This document shows, in pieces, positions 50,928 to 59,918 of a stretch of DNA of 64,000 bases. The DNA is from an uncultured Methylomirabilota bacterium. Its GTDB lineage: Bacteria > Methylomirabilota > Methylomirabilia > Methylomirabilales > 2-02-FULL-66-22. Position 1 is the first letter of the stretch. The number at the start of each line of letters is the position of its first letter. The stretch covers positions 1,664,001 through 1,728,000 of the forward strand of contig CAWJSJ010000002.1 of NCBI GenBank assembly GCA_963845565.1. The letters are read 5' to 3'. Made by a program: the position numbers and the translations under genes. The notes under the pieces are model-generated. The model had not been told where the DNA came from. It saw only the letters and a program-made list of their open reading frames with translations, and searched no databases.

Positions 50928-51572
50928 CTACGCGATGGCCGAGAGCACCGTGTGGCCGCTCGCCTCGAGTCGCTTGACAAGCGGATCCAGCGCCACGCCT
51001 TCCAGACGGAAGAGCATGACCTTCTTTGGCTCCCCACGGTGCGAAGCCGTGGCTGTGACGACGCTGACGATGTCCCCGCCCTGGTCCTGAACGATCCGGC
51101 AGGCATCCAGGAAGGCCCCGGCGCGTTCTTCCAGGACCAGTTCCAGCCGCGTCTGCTCGGCCTGGATGCCCATCACCTCCACGAAGGCACTCAGGATGTC
51201 GGTCTCGGTGATGATCCCGACGAGCGCCATTCCCCGGAGGACCGGCAGGCTGCCGATGCGATGCGTGAGCATCAGGCGGGCGGCCGCCTCGATGGGCATC
51301 TCGGGCATCGCAGTCACGACCTCGGATGTCATGATATCACGGATCTTGATCTTCTCCAGCAGGTAGTGCAGTTCGTGGACCTCGAGGCTGGTGGCGGCAG
51401 ACGGAGAGGCCTGGCGTACGTCGCGGTCGGTGACGATCCCGACCAATCGCCCCCCCTCCACCACGGGCAAATGACGAATCCCGCGCTGGCGGATGAGGTT
51501 CATGGCGTGCCGGAACGAATCCTGGGGCCCGACCGTAATCGGGTTGGCTTTCATCCACCTCTCGACAAGCAT
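50928..51572 (-). CDS. CBS-pair + ACT domain protein (AcuB-like)
   Basis: IRHLPVV..GRLVGIVTDRD, IGSLPV, GIITETD, C-terminal ACT-like region. Confidence 0.9.
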   Translation of the reverse strand: MLVERWMKANPITVGPQDSFRHAMNLIRQRGIRHLPVVEGGRLVGIVTDRDVRQASPSAATSLEVHELHYLLEKIKIRDIMTSEVVTAMPEMPIEAAARLMLTHRIGSLPVLRGMALVGIITETDILSAFVEVMGIQAEQTRLELVLEERAGAFLDACRIVQDQGGDIVSVVTATASHRGEPKKVMLFRLEGVALDPLVKRLEASGHTVLSAIA

Positions 51573-51634
51573 GGCCCCCTCCGAGGTAGCGGTCCCGCGC
51601 GCCGCCGGGTCAGGGCTCTGCGACTGGGGAGGAA

Positions 51635-52570
51635 TCAGGCGGCCGCATGAATGCTAAGGACCGGACAAGGGGCGGTGCGGACGACCTGCTCCGCGGTGCT
51701 CCCCATGAGGAAATGGTCCAGCCCCGTCAGGCCCTTGGTGCCCATGACGATCAGGTCGACCGCGTGCGCCCTCGCAAAGCGGTTGATCTGGTGGAACGGC
51801 GGGCCGGCGACCACGACCACGGCGGTCCGCGGGGTCCCGTGGAGCACTCGCCGCACCTCGCGCTGCACGGTGTCCTCGGCGAACCGGATCATCTCGCCCC
51901 GCAGTTGTTCCAGTGGGGCGTGGGGGATATGGGAGCAGGCGACATCCCACGGATCGTAGACGGCATGCAGGACCGTCAGGTCGGCGTCGAATCTCTGCGC
52001 CATGGCGCCGGCGCTTTGCAGAACGTCCCGGTCCAAGGGGGAGAGGTCCACCGGACACAGGATGTGTCGGATGCGGACGGGCGCTGCGGCGTCCAGGCGC
52101 GGAGCCTGCCGCGGCTCGTGGGCGCGGACCTCTTCGGGGGAGGCGGTGAGGCTCCTGGCGCGCAGAAGCAGGACCGGGACCGGCGCGTGACGGGCCACGG
52201 TTTCCGCCACGCTGCCCAAGACCCAGCGCCGGAATCCGCTCCGGCCATGGGTGGACATGGCGATCAGGTCTATCCCGTTGGTGCGGGTGTGATCCAGGAT
52301 CTCCTCGGCGGCGTGGCCGTAGCGGACGACACCCTGGACCGTGAGTCCCTGAGCGGCGAGGCCCGCCTCGATCTTGGTCAGGTACCCCTGTGCGCTCTCG
52401 ACGGCGCGAACCTGAGCGTCCGCCGGGTTCGCGCCGGGGAGGTTGTGGGCCAGGACCACGCGCACGAGCACGACCTCGGCCTTCCGCAGGTTGGCCAACT
52501 CGACGACTTGGGGCAGGACCGACTCGGCCAGGGGCGATCCGTCCAGCGGAACCAGGATGCGCGACAACAT
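51635..52570 (-). CDS. Tandem-domain universal stress protein
   Basis: ILVPLDGS..MSTHGRSG..GSVAE and ILCPVDLS..MGTKG..GSTAE. Confidence 0.92.
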   Translation of the reverse strand: MLSRILVPLDGSPLAESVLPQVVELANLRKAEVVLVRVVLAHNLPGANPADAQVRAVESAQGYLTKIEAGLAAQGLTVQGVVRYGHAAEEILDHTRTNGIDLIAMSTHGRSGFRRWVLGSVAETVARHAPVPVLLLRARSLTASPEEVRAHEPRQAPRLDAAAPVRIRHILCPVDLSPLDRDVLQSAGAMAQRFDADLTVLHAVYDPWDVACSHIPHAPLEQLRGEMIRFAEDTVQREVRRVLHGTPRTAVVVVAGPPFHQINRFARAHAVDLIVMGTKGLTGLDHFLMGSTAEQVVRTAPCPVLSIHAAA

Positions 52571-52592
52571 GGCATCCCCTCCTGCACCCCGT

Positions 52593-53057
52593 CTAGGGCA
52601 TCTCGAACCTCATGGCGGGATGCTTGACGGTCAGAACCGGGCAGGAGGCTTTGCGCACGACCTTCTCGGCCACGCTGCCGACGAGGGCGTGGGCCAAGCC
52701 GGTCCGCCCGTGGGTCGCCATGACGATCAGGTCGATCTCGTGTTTTCGAGCGTAATCTATGATCTCGTGAAAGTCCACCCCGATGCGCACCTCCCGATGG
52801 AATGTGAGGTGGCGGTCCTTGGCCCCTTCGACCAAGCGATCCAGGAACGTCTCGGCCTCGGCGGTGACCACCGCGGAGAATTTCGCGGGGTCGAAGTTCA
52901 TCGAGTACGCCTCGGTGAGCCGCGGCGGCGGAGCCACCACGTGGAGGACGTGCACGTCCGCGCCGAAGTCTTGCGCAAACTGCAGTGCGAACATCCAGGC
53001 GTGATCTGCGGATTCGGAAAAGTCAGTGGGGAACAGGATCCGTCGGATCGGCATCAT
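52593..53057 (-). CDS. Universal stress protein
   Basis: ILFPTDFS, MATHGRTG, GSVAEKVVRKA. Confidence 0.93.
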   Translation of the reverse strand: MMPIRRILFPTDFSESADHAWMFALQFAQDFGADVHVLHVVAPPPRLTEAYSMNFDPAKFSAVVTAEAETFLDRLVEGAKDRHLTFHREVRIGVDFHEIIDYARKHEIDLIVMATHGRTGLAHALVGSVAEKVVRKASCPVLTVKHPAMRFEMP

Positions 53058-53090
53058 GGCGCCCTCCTTCCTCGGTGCGGCGCCCGCCGG

Positions 53091-53483
53091 TCAGAGCGAC
53101 ACGATAGCGCCCCGCCCGGCTAGCGCGGCGTGCACGGCGGCGATCAGCTCGGCCATTCGCAATGGCTTGCTGATGAACGCCGCCGCCCCCAGTTCCAGGG
53201 CTCGACTGTAACTGTGCCAGTCTCCGAAGGCGGTCACGATGATGACGGGGAGGGACGGATGAGTGCGGTGGACGGCCTCGAGCAGTTCCAGCCCCCCGTC
53301 GCAGGGCATGAGCATGTCCGTCACGACGAGGTCGAAGGTCTCGCGGTCGAATGCGATCAACGCCTGGTGCCCATCGCCGGAGACGGACACCCGGTAGCCC
53401 TCTTTTTCGAGGACTTTCCGTAGGAGGTCGCGCATCTCCGGATCATCTTCGACGATCAAGAGATGCTCGCCAGAACCTTTCAT
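53091..53483 (-). CDS. Single-domain response regulator
   Basis: IVEDD, VTD phosphoacceptor, TAFG, KP. Confidence 0.92.
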   Translation of the reverse strand: MKGSGEHLLIVEDDPEMRDLLRKVLEKEGYRVSVSGDGHQALIAFDRETFDLVVTDMLMPCDGGLELLEAVHRTHPSLPVIIVTAFGDWHSYSRALELGAAAFISKPLRMAELIAAVHAALAGRGAIVSL

Positions 53484-53527
53484 GGCCAGTATACCGTATT
53501 GGGTGTGACCCCCTCACGGATCGAGTT

Positions 53528-53543
53528 TGCATACCAGGTGCCA
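53528..53543 (-). promoter_or_regulatory. Putative sigma54 promoter
   Basis: Minus strand TGGCACCTGGTATGCA, 45 nt upstream of the response regulator. Confidence 0.7.
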
Positions 53544-53830
53544 TGCGGGGAGGGGGCCTTCTGATGGCCGGGCGAGACGGCCAAAACGCGACCGGCAACT
53601 CAACGCGAACAGAGACATGGGGTTCGGCGGCAAGAGGCCGGACGATCGGTGGAAGGGCAACCCCCGAGGATGGGGCGCCCTGCGCTTGGACGTCGGAGTG
53701 TCGCACTTCTGTGGGAGGCTGAGACCCTTTGTCTCAGGTCACGGACGTCACCGCCCGCCACCCGAGCGGACTCTGGACTCCGGGGGGACATCTCGAATGC
53801 CGCAGGCAGCCAACAGAGGAAGCGGGCAGC

Positions 53831-54373
53831 CTAGGAGGAGCCCACCAGGGCGAAACCCGCTTCCAGGGCGCGGCGATTCAGCTCCTCGGTGCCTTTCGGG
53901 ACGCGGGCCATGATGGCCCGCTCGATGGATTGGCGGGAGACGACCTTGGAAAGACCGACAATGGCGCCCAGCGATACGATGTTCGCCACCATGGCCTTTC
54001 CGACGGCTTCCTTCGCGGTCTCGATGATGGGAAGGAGATGCACGGCGAACGACCCGCGCGGTGGGGTCACGACCTTCGATGAATCCAGGATGACGATCCC
54101 GGACGAGCGCACCTCGCGGCCGTACTTGTCGGCGGCCGCTTGGGTCAACGCCAGGAGGAGGTCCACCGTCATGGCCTTGGGGTAGTCGATCTCTTCGTCG
54201 CTGATGATCACCTCGGCCTTGCTGGCGCCGCCCCGCGATTCCGGCCCGTACACCTGGGTCTGCGTCGCGTTCTTCCCGTCGTAGATGGCGGCGGCCTCGG
54301 CCAGAATCACGCCCGCCAGGACGATGCCCTGGCCGCCTTCCCCGGACAGCCGGATTTCGTAACGATAGCTCAT
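53831..54373 (-). CDS. korC: 2-oxoglutarate-type OFOR gamma subunit
   Basis: SGEGGQG, YGPESRGGASKAEV. Confidence 0.85.
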   Translation of the reverse strand: MSYRYEIRLSGEGGQGIVLAGVILAEAAAIYDGKNATQTQVYGPESRGGASKAEVIISDEEIDYPKAMTVDLLLALTQAAADKYGREVRSSGIVILDSSKVVTPPRGSFAVHLLPIIETAKEAVGKAMVANIVSLGAIVGLSKVVSRQSIERAIMARVPKGTEELNRRALEAGFALVGSS

Positions 54374-54455
54374 GAGGTCCCACTCCGATGTGCGGCGGGG
54401 CGTCCGGCGCTTCGAAACGGCCGGGTTGCCGCCGGTTCTCGCTCTGCACCCACGA

Positions 54456-55280
54456 TCAGGCGGTTGCCCCGGCTTTGGCTCGGGCGCGGGTGATGAGGGT
54501 CTCGTACTGGGCCACGTACTCCTGCCGGTCGGATTCGTGGAGCAGGCCGGTCAGGATCTTTCCTTCCAGTTGTTCCGCGGTCATGCGTTCCGCCGCCTTG
54601 GTGTTCACCGTGTTGCTCTTCTCCCACTGGAGCAGGTCGAGCAAGCCGATCTTGTTGGGGCGGCCGTAATAGGTGTTGCAATTCTCCAGGATCTCGACCA
54701 GGGCAAAGCCCTTGTGCTTGATGCCCGCCTCGATCAGGCGATCGAGCTGTTGCGTGTGATAGGAGGTACCGCGGGCGACATAGGTGGCGCCGGCGGCGAT
54801 GGCGAGCCGGCAGGCGTCGAACGGCGGATCGATGCTCCCCTGCCGGGCCGTGCTGGCCACCTTGCCGGTCGGCGTGGTGGGGGCGAGCTGTCCGCCCGTC
54901 ATGCCGTACGTCGCGTTATTGAACAGCAGGATGGTCAGATCCATGTTGCGCCGGGCGGCGTGGATGAAGTGATTGCCGCCGATCGCCAGCGCGTCGCCAT
55001 CGCCCGTCACCACGATCACCGAAAGCGACGGCTTGGCCAGCTTCACCCCTGTGGCAAACGCGATGGGGCGGCCGTGGGTCGTGTGCAGGGTGTTGAAGTC
55101 CACGTACCCCGTCAGCCGGCTGGAGCAGCCGATCCCCGAGACCATGCAGACGTCATCCTTCTGCAGGCCCAGCCGGTCGATGGCCCGGATCAGGCTCTTC
55201 ATCACGATCCCGCATCCGCAACCAGGGCACCAGATGTGGGGAAACATCTCCAGCCGAAGGTATTTGTCGTAGTCGAACAC
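54456..55280 (-). CDS. korB: 2-oxoglutarate-type OFOR beta subunit
   Basis: WCPGCG, SGIGCS, GDGDALAIGGNH, NNATYGMTGGQ. Confidence 0.88.
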   Translation of the reverse strand: MFDYDKYLRLEMFPHIWCPGCGCGIVMKSLIRAIDRLGLQKDDVCMVSGIGCSSRLTGYVDFNTLHTTHGRPIAFATGVKLAKPSLSVIVVTGDGDALAIGGNHFIHAARRNMDLTILLFNNATYGMTGGQLAPTTPTGKVASTARQGSIDPPFDACRLAIAAGATYVARGTSYHTQQLDRLIEAGIKHKGFALVEILENCNTYYGRPNKIGLLDLLQWEKSNTVNTKAAERMTAEQLEGKILTGLLHESDRQEYVAQYETLITRARAKAGATA

Positions 55281-55304
55281 GCGGGTCCTCCTGCCCGGGC
55301 GGGT

Positions 55305-56465
55305 TCAGCTCCGGGCCAGTTCCTCGATCTTCTCCAGGATCTGCTCGGGCGGAATGGGCTCCCCGGTCACCCGGTTCACGCGGTGGACCGGACAGAGTCC
55401 GTGCGCCACCCGCTCGACCTCTTGCGCGATCTGGCCCAGGTTCATCTCGACCACCAAGATGTGTCGCATGCGCTTGGCGAGGTCCTCCACGGGGCCCTCG
55501 GGGAAGGGCCAGATGGTCACGGGTCGGAGAAGCCCGACCGGGATCCCTTTGGCGCGCGCCAGGCGGACGGCCGCCTTGGCGGACCGGGCAGACGATCCGT
55601 ACGCCACGATGCCCAGACGGGCGTCCTTCAGGGCCAGGGAGAGTTGCTCGTATTTCTGGATCTCGTGGAGTCCCATCTCGATCTTTCGCATCAAGCGCCG
55701 CTGCAGGCCATCCACGATATCCGGGCTATCCTTGGGCAAGCCCCGCGCGTCGTGGTAGAGCCCGGTCACGTGGTACCGATACCCGGTGCCGAAGTCCGCC
55801 ATGGGCGGCACACCGGAGGGGGTCTCGCCGTAGGGCAGATACTGGTCCGGTGGGACAGTCGGGCGCGGTCGCTCCCAGAGTGTGATCTCGCTCGGGTCCG
55901 GGATGACGATCCGCTCCCGCATGTGGGCGATGATCTCGTCCACCAAGAGCGTCACGGGGATCCGGTAGCGCTCGGAGATGTTGAAGGCGCGGACGGTCTC
56001 GTCGTAGACCTCGCGCACCGAAGCGGGGACCAGGGCCACCGCGGGATGGTCGCCGTGGGTTCCCCAGCGCGCCTGCATGACGTCTGCCTGGGCCGGCATG
56101 GTGGGCAGGCCCGTGCTGGGCCCCCCGCGCATGACGTTCACGATCACGCAGGGGATCTCGGCCATGATGGCGTAGCCGATGTTCTCCTGCTTGAGCGAGT
56201 AGCCGGGGCCGCTGGTTGCGGTCATCGCCTTGGCCCCCGTCATGGCTGCGCCCAGGATACAGCCCATGGCGGCGATCTCGTCCTCCATCTGGATGAATCG
56301 ACCGCCGACCTGCGGCATCCGGACCGACATGTGCTCGGCGATTTCGGACGAGGGGGAGATGGGGTAGCCGCCAAAAAACCGGCACCCGGCGGCGATGGCC
56401 GCCTCGGCGCAGGCCTCGTTTCCCTGGAGCAACTTGACGACGGGAGACTTCGGTTGGGTGCTCAC
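55305..56465 (-). CDS. korA: 2-oxoglutarate-type OFOR alpha subunit
   Basis: GYPISPSSE, QMEDEIA, TATSGPG, RGGPSTG, RWGTHGD. Confidence 0.88.
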   Translation of the reverse strand: MSTQPKSPVVKLLQGNEACAEAAIAAGCRFFGGYPISPSSEIAEHMSVRMPQVGGRFIQMEDEIAAMGCILGAAMTGAKAMTATSGPGYSLKQENIGYAIMAEIPCVIVNVMRGGPSTGLPTMPAQADVMQARWGTHGDHPAVALVPASVREVYDETVRAFNISERYRIPVTLLVDEIIAHMRERIVIPDPSEITLWERPRPTVPPDQYLPYGETPSGVPPMADFGTGYRYHVTGLYHDARGLPKDSPDIVDGLQRRLMRKIEMGLHEIQKYEQLSLALKDARLGIVAYGSSARSAKAAVRLARAKGIPVGLLRPVTIWPFPEGPVEDLAKRMRHILVVEMNLGQIAQEVERVAHGLCPVHRVNRVTGEPIPPEQILEKIEELARS

Positions 56466-56552
56466 GCTGTCTCACCTCGGGTGGCGGGCCGTCACAGCGC
56501 GCCGACAGCGCGCAAGTCGACGGGCGATCCGGCCGCCCAGTTTGCGAAAGGG

Positions 56553-56655
56553 TTAGGAGCCGTTACGAAATAACTTGTCCATTTCTTGATTTCGTTACGG
56601 CTCCTTACGCCGTTTCCGAAATTTCTCCCGTCAATTAATTCTTTGACAACGCTTA
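56553..56655. mobile_element. MITE-like element family B, copy 3 (diverged loops)
   Basis: Same arms TTAGGAGCCGTTACGAAAT / ATTTCGTTACGGCTCCTTA / ATTCTTTGACAAC. Confidence 0.78.
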
Positions 56656-56946
56656 GCTGTCGGACTTCCCGGGTTCCCCGTGCACCACGATGGCGAAATC
56701 GGGGCACAGTTGTTCGCAGCGAAGGCACTTGGTGCACGCCTCGAGTGCCTTGACCTCCACCTTGTCCAGCGGGGTCATCTGCAGCACGTCCTTGGGGCAG
56801 AACTCGACGCAGATCGCACAGCCCTTGCACCAGTTGTCGTTGATCTCGATGGTGACGCCCGCGCTGACGTAGCTCTTGGTGGCTTGCCGGGCAGCCTCCA
56901 GTACGTCCTCGCGGCTGCGAAGCTTGGTGATCGTGGCCATCGTCAC
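56653..56946 (-). CDS. korD: 2x[4Fe-4S] ferredoxin, OFOR delta subunit
   Basis: CKGCAICVEFCP, CTKCLRCEQLCPDFAI. Confidence 0.88.
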   Translation of the reverse strand: MTMATITKLRSREDVLEAARQATKSYVSAGVTIEINDNWCKGCAICVEFCPKDVLQMTPLDKVEVKALEACTKCLRCEQLCPDFAIVVHGEPGKSDS

Positions 56947-57026
56947 GGGCCTTTCTCGTGAATTGAGCCGACCGAGTCATCATCGAGCCGGCGGATAGAG
57001 GTTGCAGGATCAGCTTTGAAGAACAG

Positions 57027-57042
57027 AGCAATGAGTGTGCCA
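57027..57042 (-). promoter_or_regulatory. Sigma54 promoter of the kor operon
   Basis: Minus strand TGGCACACTCATTGCT, a consensus -24/-12 match. Confidence 0.85.
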
Positions 57043-57345
57043 CGAGAAGAGCCACGCAAGAGAAATAGCCATTCGTCGTTGACCTGTTATCCCATTGAAT
57101 TCATGGGGGATTGCTGTTAAGACAGAAATAGTCTCGATCGGTCGGCAGCGCTTCCCCCGGTTTTCCTTCTTGTCTCGGTAGGATTCCGGACCCATCTCTG
57201 TGGCATATGGCGCAGGGATCTCAGGAAGAGTAAAACAGGAGTGCGCGGGAGGTATTTTGTGGCGGGCCGGGAGCCACGCGTGTGAGGACGGATGGGAAAT
57301 CGCCTGTTCGCCCGGCACGCCTTTGCTGGGAGGGAGCGCATAACG

Positions 57346-57377
57346 AAAAGCGGGGACCCGCAACGCGGGCCCCCGCT
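57346..57377 (-). terminator. Intrinsic terminator after the rhodanese gene
   Basis: Minus strand GCGGGGGCCCGCG..GCGGGTCCCCGC-TTTT. Confidence 0.75.
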
Positions 57378-57404
57378 CGAGCGGCAGGCGGCGAGATGTC
57401 GTCG

Positions 57405-57860
57405 CTACTTCTGGACCGGATACCCGGCCTTTTCCCAGCCGGCAACGTAGCCCGCAGCCAGATGCTTCACGTTGGTGTAGCCCTTGAAGCTCAAGGCCTC
57501 GGCAACGTAGCCCGACCGAACGGCCGACGCACAGACGACCACGATCTGCGCGTTCTTGTCCTGGGGGAGCTTGGCCAGGCTCTTGGGCACCTCGCGCACC
57601 GGAACGTTGAGGGCTCCTTCGATCCGGCCCCCCGCGAACTCGTTCGGCTCGCGCACGTCGAGCAGGAAGACCTGCTCGCCGGAGTCCAGCTTGGCCTTCA
57701 GGGCATCGCCCCGGATCCCGTTGAATCCTTGCGGAAGAGTCTCAAGGTACTTGGCGGCCTCCTCCCAGGCGGCGCCGTTTTCGGTGGCGCCGGAGGTGGT
57801 GACCCCCGCGGCCACGACCAGGATCGCGGCCAAAAGGACGAAAGACAGTTTCCGAATCAT
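57405..57860 (-). CDS. Periplasmic single-domain rhodanese (sulfurtransferase)
   Basis: Signal peptide, LLDVREPNEF, active loop CASAVRS, GWEKAGYP; AAGGAG RBS. Confidence 0.9.
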   Translation of the reverse strand: MIRKLSFVLLAAILVVAAGVTTSGATENGAAWEEAAKYLETLPQGFNGIRGDALKAKLDSGEQVFLLDVREPNEFAGGRIEGALNVPVREVPKSLAKLPQDKNAQIVVVCASAVRSGYVAEALSFKGYTNVKHLAAGYVAGWEKAGYPVQK

Positions 57861-58014
57861 CAGGCGTCTCTCCTTTCTTGATACATGTTCATGCCGCACA
57901 GCGCGTCCCATCCGGAACACCCTCCTCTGCGCGAAAGCGCCGGTCTCTTGCCGGCGCGGTTACAAGGTAAAGTCCGTAGCCGATACCTTCAAGCGAATTC
58001 TTCACCACGGCCCG

Positions 58015-59304
58015 CTACCGACGGGGCGGGATGGTCGGAACGGCGACCTTGCTGTTGGCCGCGGCCTCCGTCGGGTTGAGATCGCCCGGCTTCAGGAAGA
58101 TCCGCGCATTCCCATGACAATTGTTGCAACTCGCCGTGCGCGGCGTCTTCCGCTGGATGTTGTGAGGGACGGTGTCCTTCCAGGTCGGGACCGCGTCGTA
58201 GTTCGGCAATGCGTCCTTCACCTTTGCGTCCAGCATCGTCCGGACGGTCGGCGTGTGCCGGAGCAGGGTGTACTGATAGGGGGAGCCAGGGTGAGCGGTC
58301 TTGCCGATCTTGAACTGGAGCGAGGATTTCGCCCCCGTACCCAAGTGGCAATTTTCGCAGCCCCGATACACGGTCGAATGGCATACCACGCAGTTGATCT
58401 TGTCGCCGTGGACCGCGTGCTGCTCGATGGACGATCCGGCCGCCTTGGCGTTGGGGTGGCAACCCAGACAGGACGGCTTGCTCTTGACTGCATGCCGGTT
58501 CGGATAGGCGGTGCCATCCCCGTGGAGCTGGGTGGCCGGATGGCAGGCCACGCAATCCATCTTGGCTTTCTGCCAGTGGATGTCCGGCGGGAAGCCTTCG
58601 TTCTTCCCGGTGTATTCGGGGAATACTCGGCCGCCGTGGCAGGTCCCGCAGGCGTCCTCCATCGGGGGTCGCTTCGCAAAGAGGTGCCCATCCATCAGGC
58701 CGCCGCGCGCCGACTTCGCCTTGCTGACGTGGCAGTCGCCGCAGCTCGCATGGCAACCCTGACAGGCCTGCTTGAACACGGGTTGGACGTCCGGCCAGCG
58801 GTGGGCCGAGACCAGCTTGAGGAAATTCTCGTCACCACGCACGGTGAAGTGCAGGCTGGTCTTGACGTTCGCCACCTCCTTCTCGTGGCAGGCGGCGCAG
58901 GCGGAATCCGGGTCTCGCGAGGGGCGCGCCACCAGGCCCTTGTGCGCGGCCTCCTTGCCCCCGGCCTTGGGATCGCCCTTGTGGCACGTCTCGCAGCCAT
59001 CCATGGCATGCGTGCTGGTCAGGAACGCCGGCTTCACCAGGTAGCGCTGGTACGGTTCCCCCGACGGGGGCGGAGGCCCGCTTCACCCTTCGCCTTCTTC
59101 GGTGGACGGGGGATCGGGCGGGGTGAGCGGTTTCAGTTTGGCCGCGTCGGTGTGGCAGGCGACGCATTGCGAGGGGGCCGAATCGGCCGCGTCGATCGAA
59201 CCGATCCCGCCCAGGACAAGTAGGCCGGCGAAGAGGAGGATGAGAATGATGACGGCACGCTGCCGCCCCAGGGGAGGGCACGCATCGATTCCGTGTGGGT
59301 TCAT
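58015..59304 (-). CDS. Multiheme cytochrome c (11 CxxCH, 429 aa) with in-frame TGA at codon 74, probable selenocysteine
   Basis: ORFs 59083-59304 and 58015-59037 share a frame, separated only by TGA and 15 sense codons; signal/TM segment only in the first part; 1+10 heme motifs. Confidence 0.8.
59052..59081 (-). promoter_or_regulatory. SECIS-like hairpin
   Basis: After UGA: AGCGGGCCUCCG-CCCCC-GUC-GGGGG-AACCGU; G-containing apical loop about 17 nt from UGA. Confidence 0.55.
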
Positions 59305-59391
59305 GAAGATGACTCCACGTTTGAGGACGCCTCGGACCCGGCCGCGAGACCCCGCCGAGGGTGCAGTCTCATTTGAACTGTTGTGGAATAC

Positions 59392-59407
59392 AGCAAAACA
59401 TGTTCCA
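59392..59407 (-). promoter_or_regulatory. Putative sigma54 promoter of the cytochrome-rhodanese operon
   Basis: Minus strand TGGAACATGTTTTGCT with correct GG/GC spacing. Confidence 0.7.
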
Positions 59408-59495
59408 TCACCGTTCGAATGCGCACGCGTTTCCGTAACCTCTTGTCAATGCAAGGTTAATCGTTACTCAGCGGCCGATGCCAGGCAAACCATCG

Positions 59496-59602
59496 GTGTT
59501 GCATGCAACACGAATACGGACACAAATTATCGACAGATAGTCTGAAGCACTCTCAAAATCAGTTAAATAGATCCACTCGATAAGGTGCAACAGGCGTTGC
59601 AC
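59496..59602. promoter_or_regulatory. Two TGCAAC/GTTGCA palindromes, candidate enhancer sites
   Basis: GTGTTGCATGCAACAC (59496-59511) and GTGCAAC-AGGC-GTTGCAC (59585-59602). Confidence 0.6.
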
Positions 59603-59699
59603 GGGAACATTGATCAGACCGGAGAGCAGATGGTGAGAGACGGGGATGACGCTCTGGCGTGATCCATCGCGAGGGGCCGACCGACCCCGGACGTCAGTG

Positions 59700-59897
59700 T
59701 CACCCGCAGTCCGACCACGAAGGATCCCAAGGGATGATCTCGTCGGGGGGGTGGGTCGCTTGCCCTTCTCCTCGAGGGTCCGGGTAGATCAGCGTCAGGC
59801 CGCAGAGCGGGCACCGGACGTCGAGTTGGTTCGGGTTCTCGGCCGATATCAGGAATGCGCGCTGGCAGGCGCGACACGTCACGGTGGTTTGCAGCAT
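59700..59897 (-). CDS. Small zinc-ribbon protein (65 aa)
   Basis: CRAC...CPLC; GGGAG RBS. Confidence 0.6.
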   Translation of the reverse strand: MLQTTVTCRACQRAFLISAENPNQLDVRCPLCGLTLIYPDPRGEGQATHPPDEIIPWDPSWSDCG

Positions 59898-59918
59898 GCA
59901 AGTTCTCCCGGAATCCGC

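Noticed and set aside
54372..56573. 733-aa plus-strand ORF and other long antisense ORFs (e.g. 38032-39657, 49198-50817, 57556-59223)
   Set aside because: Shadow frames opposite well-supported genes in high-GC DNA; no recognisable motifs
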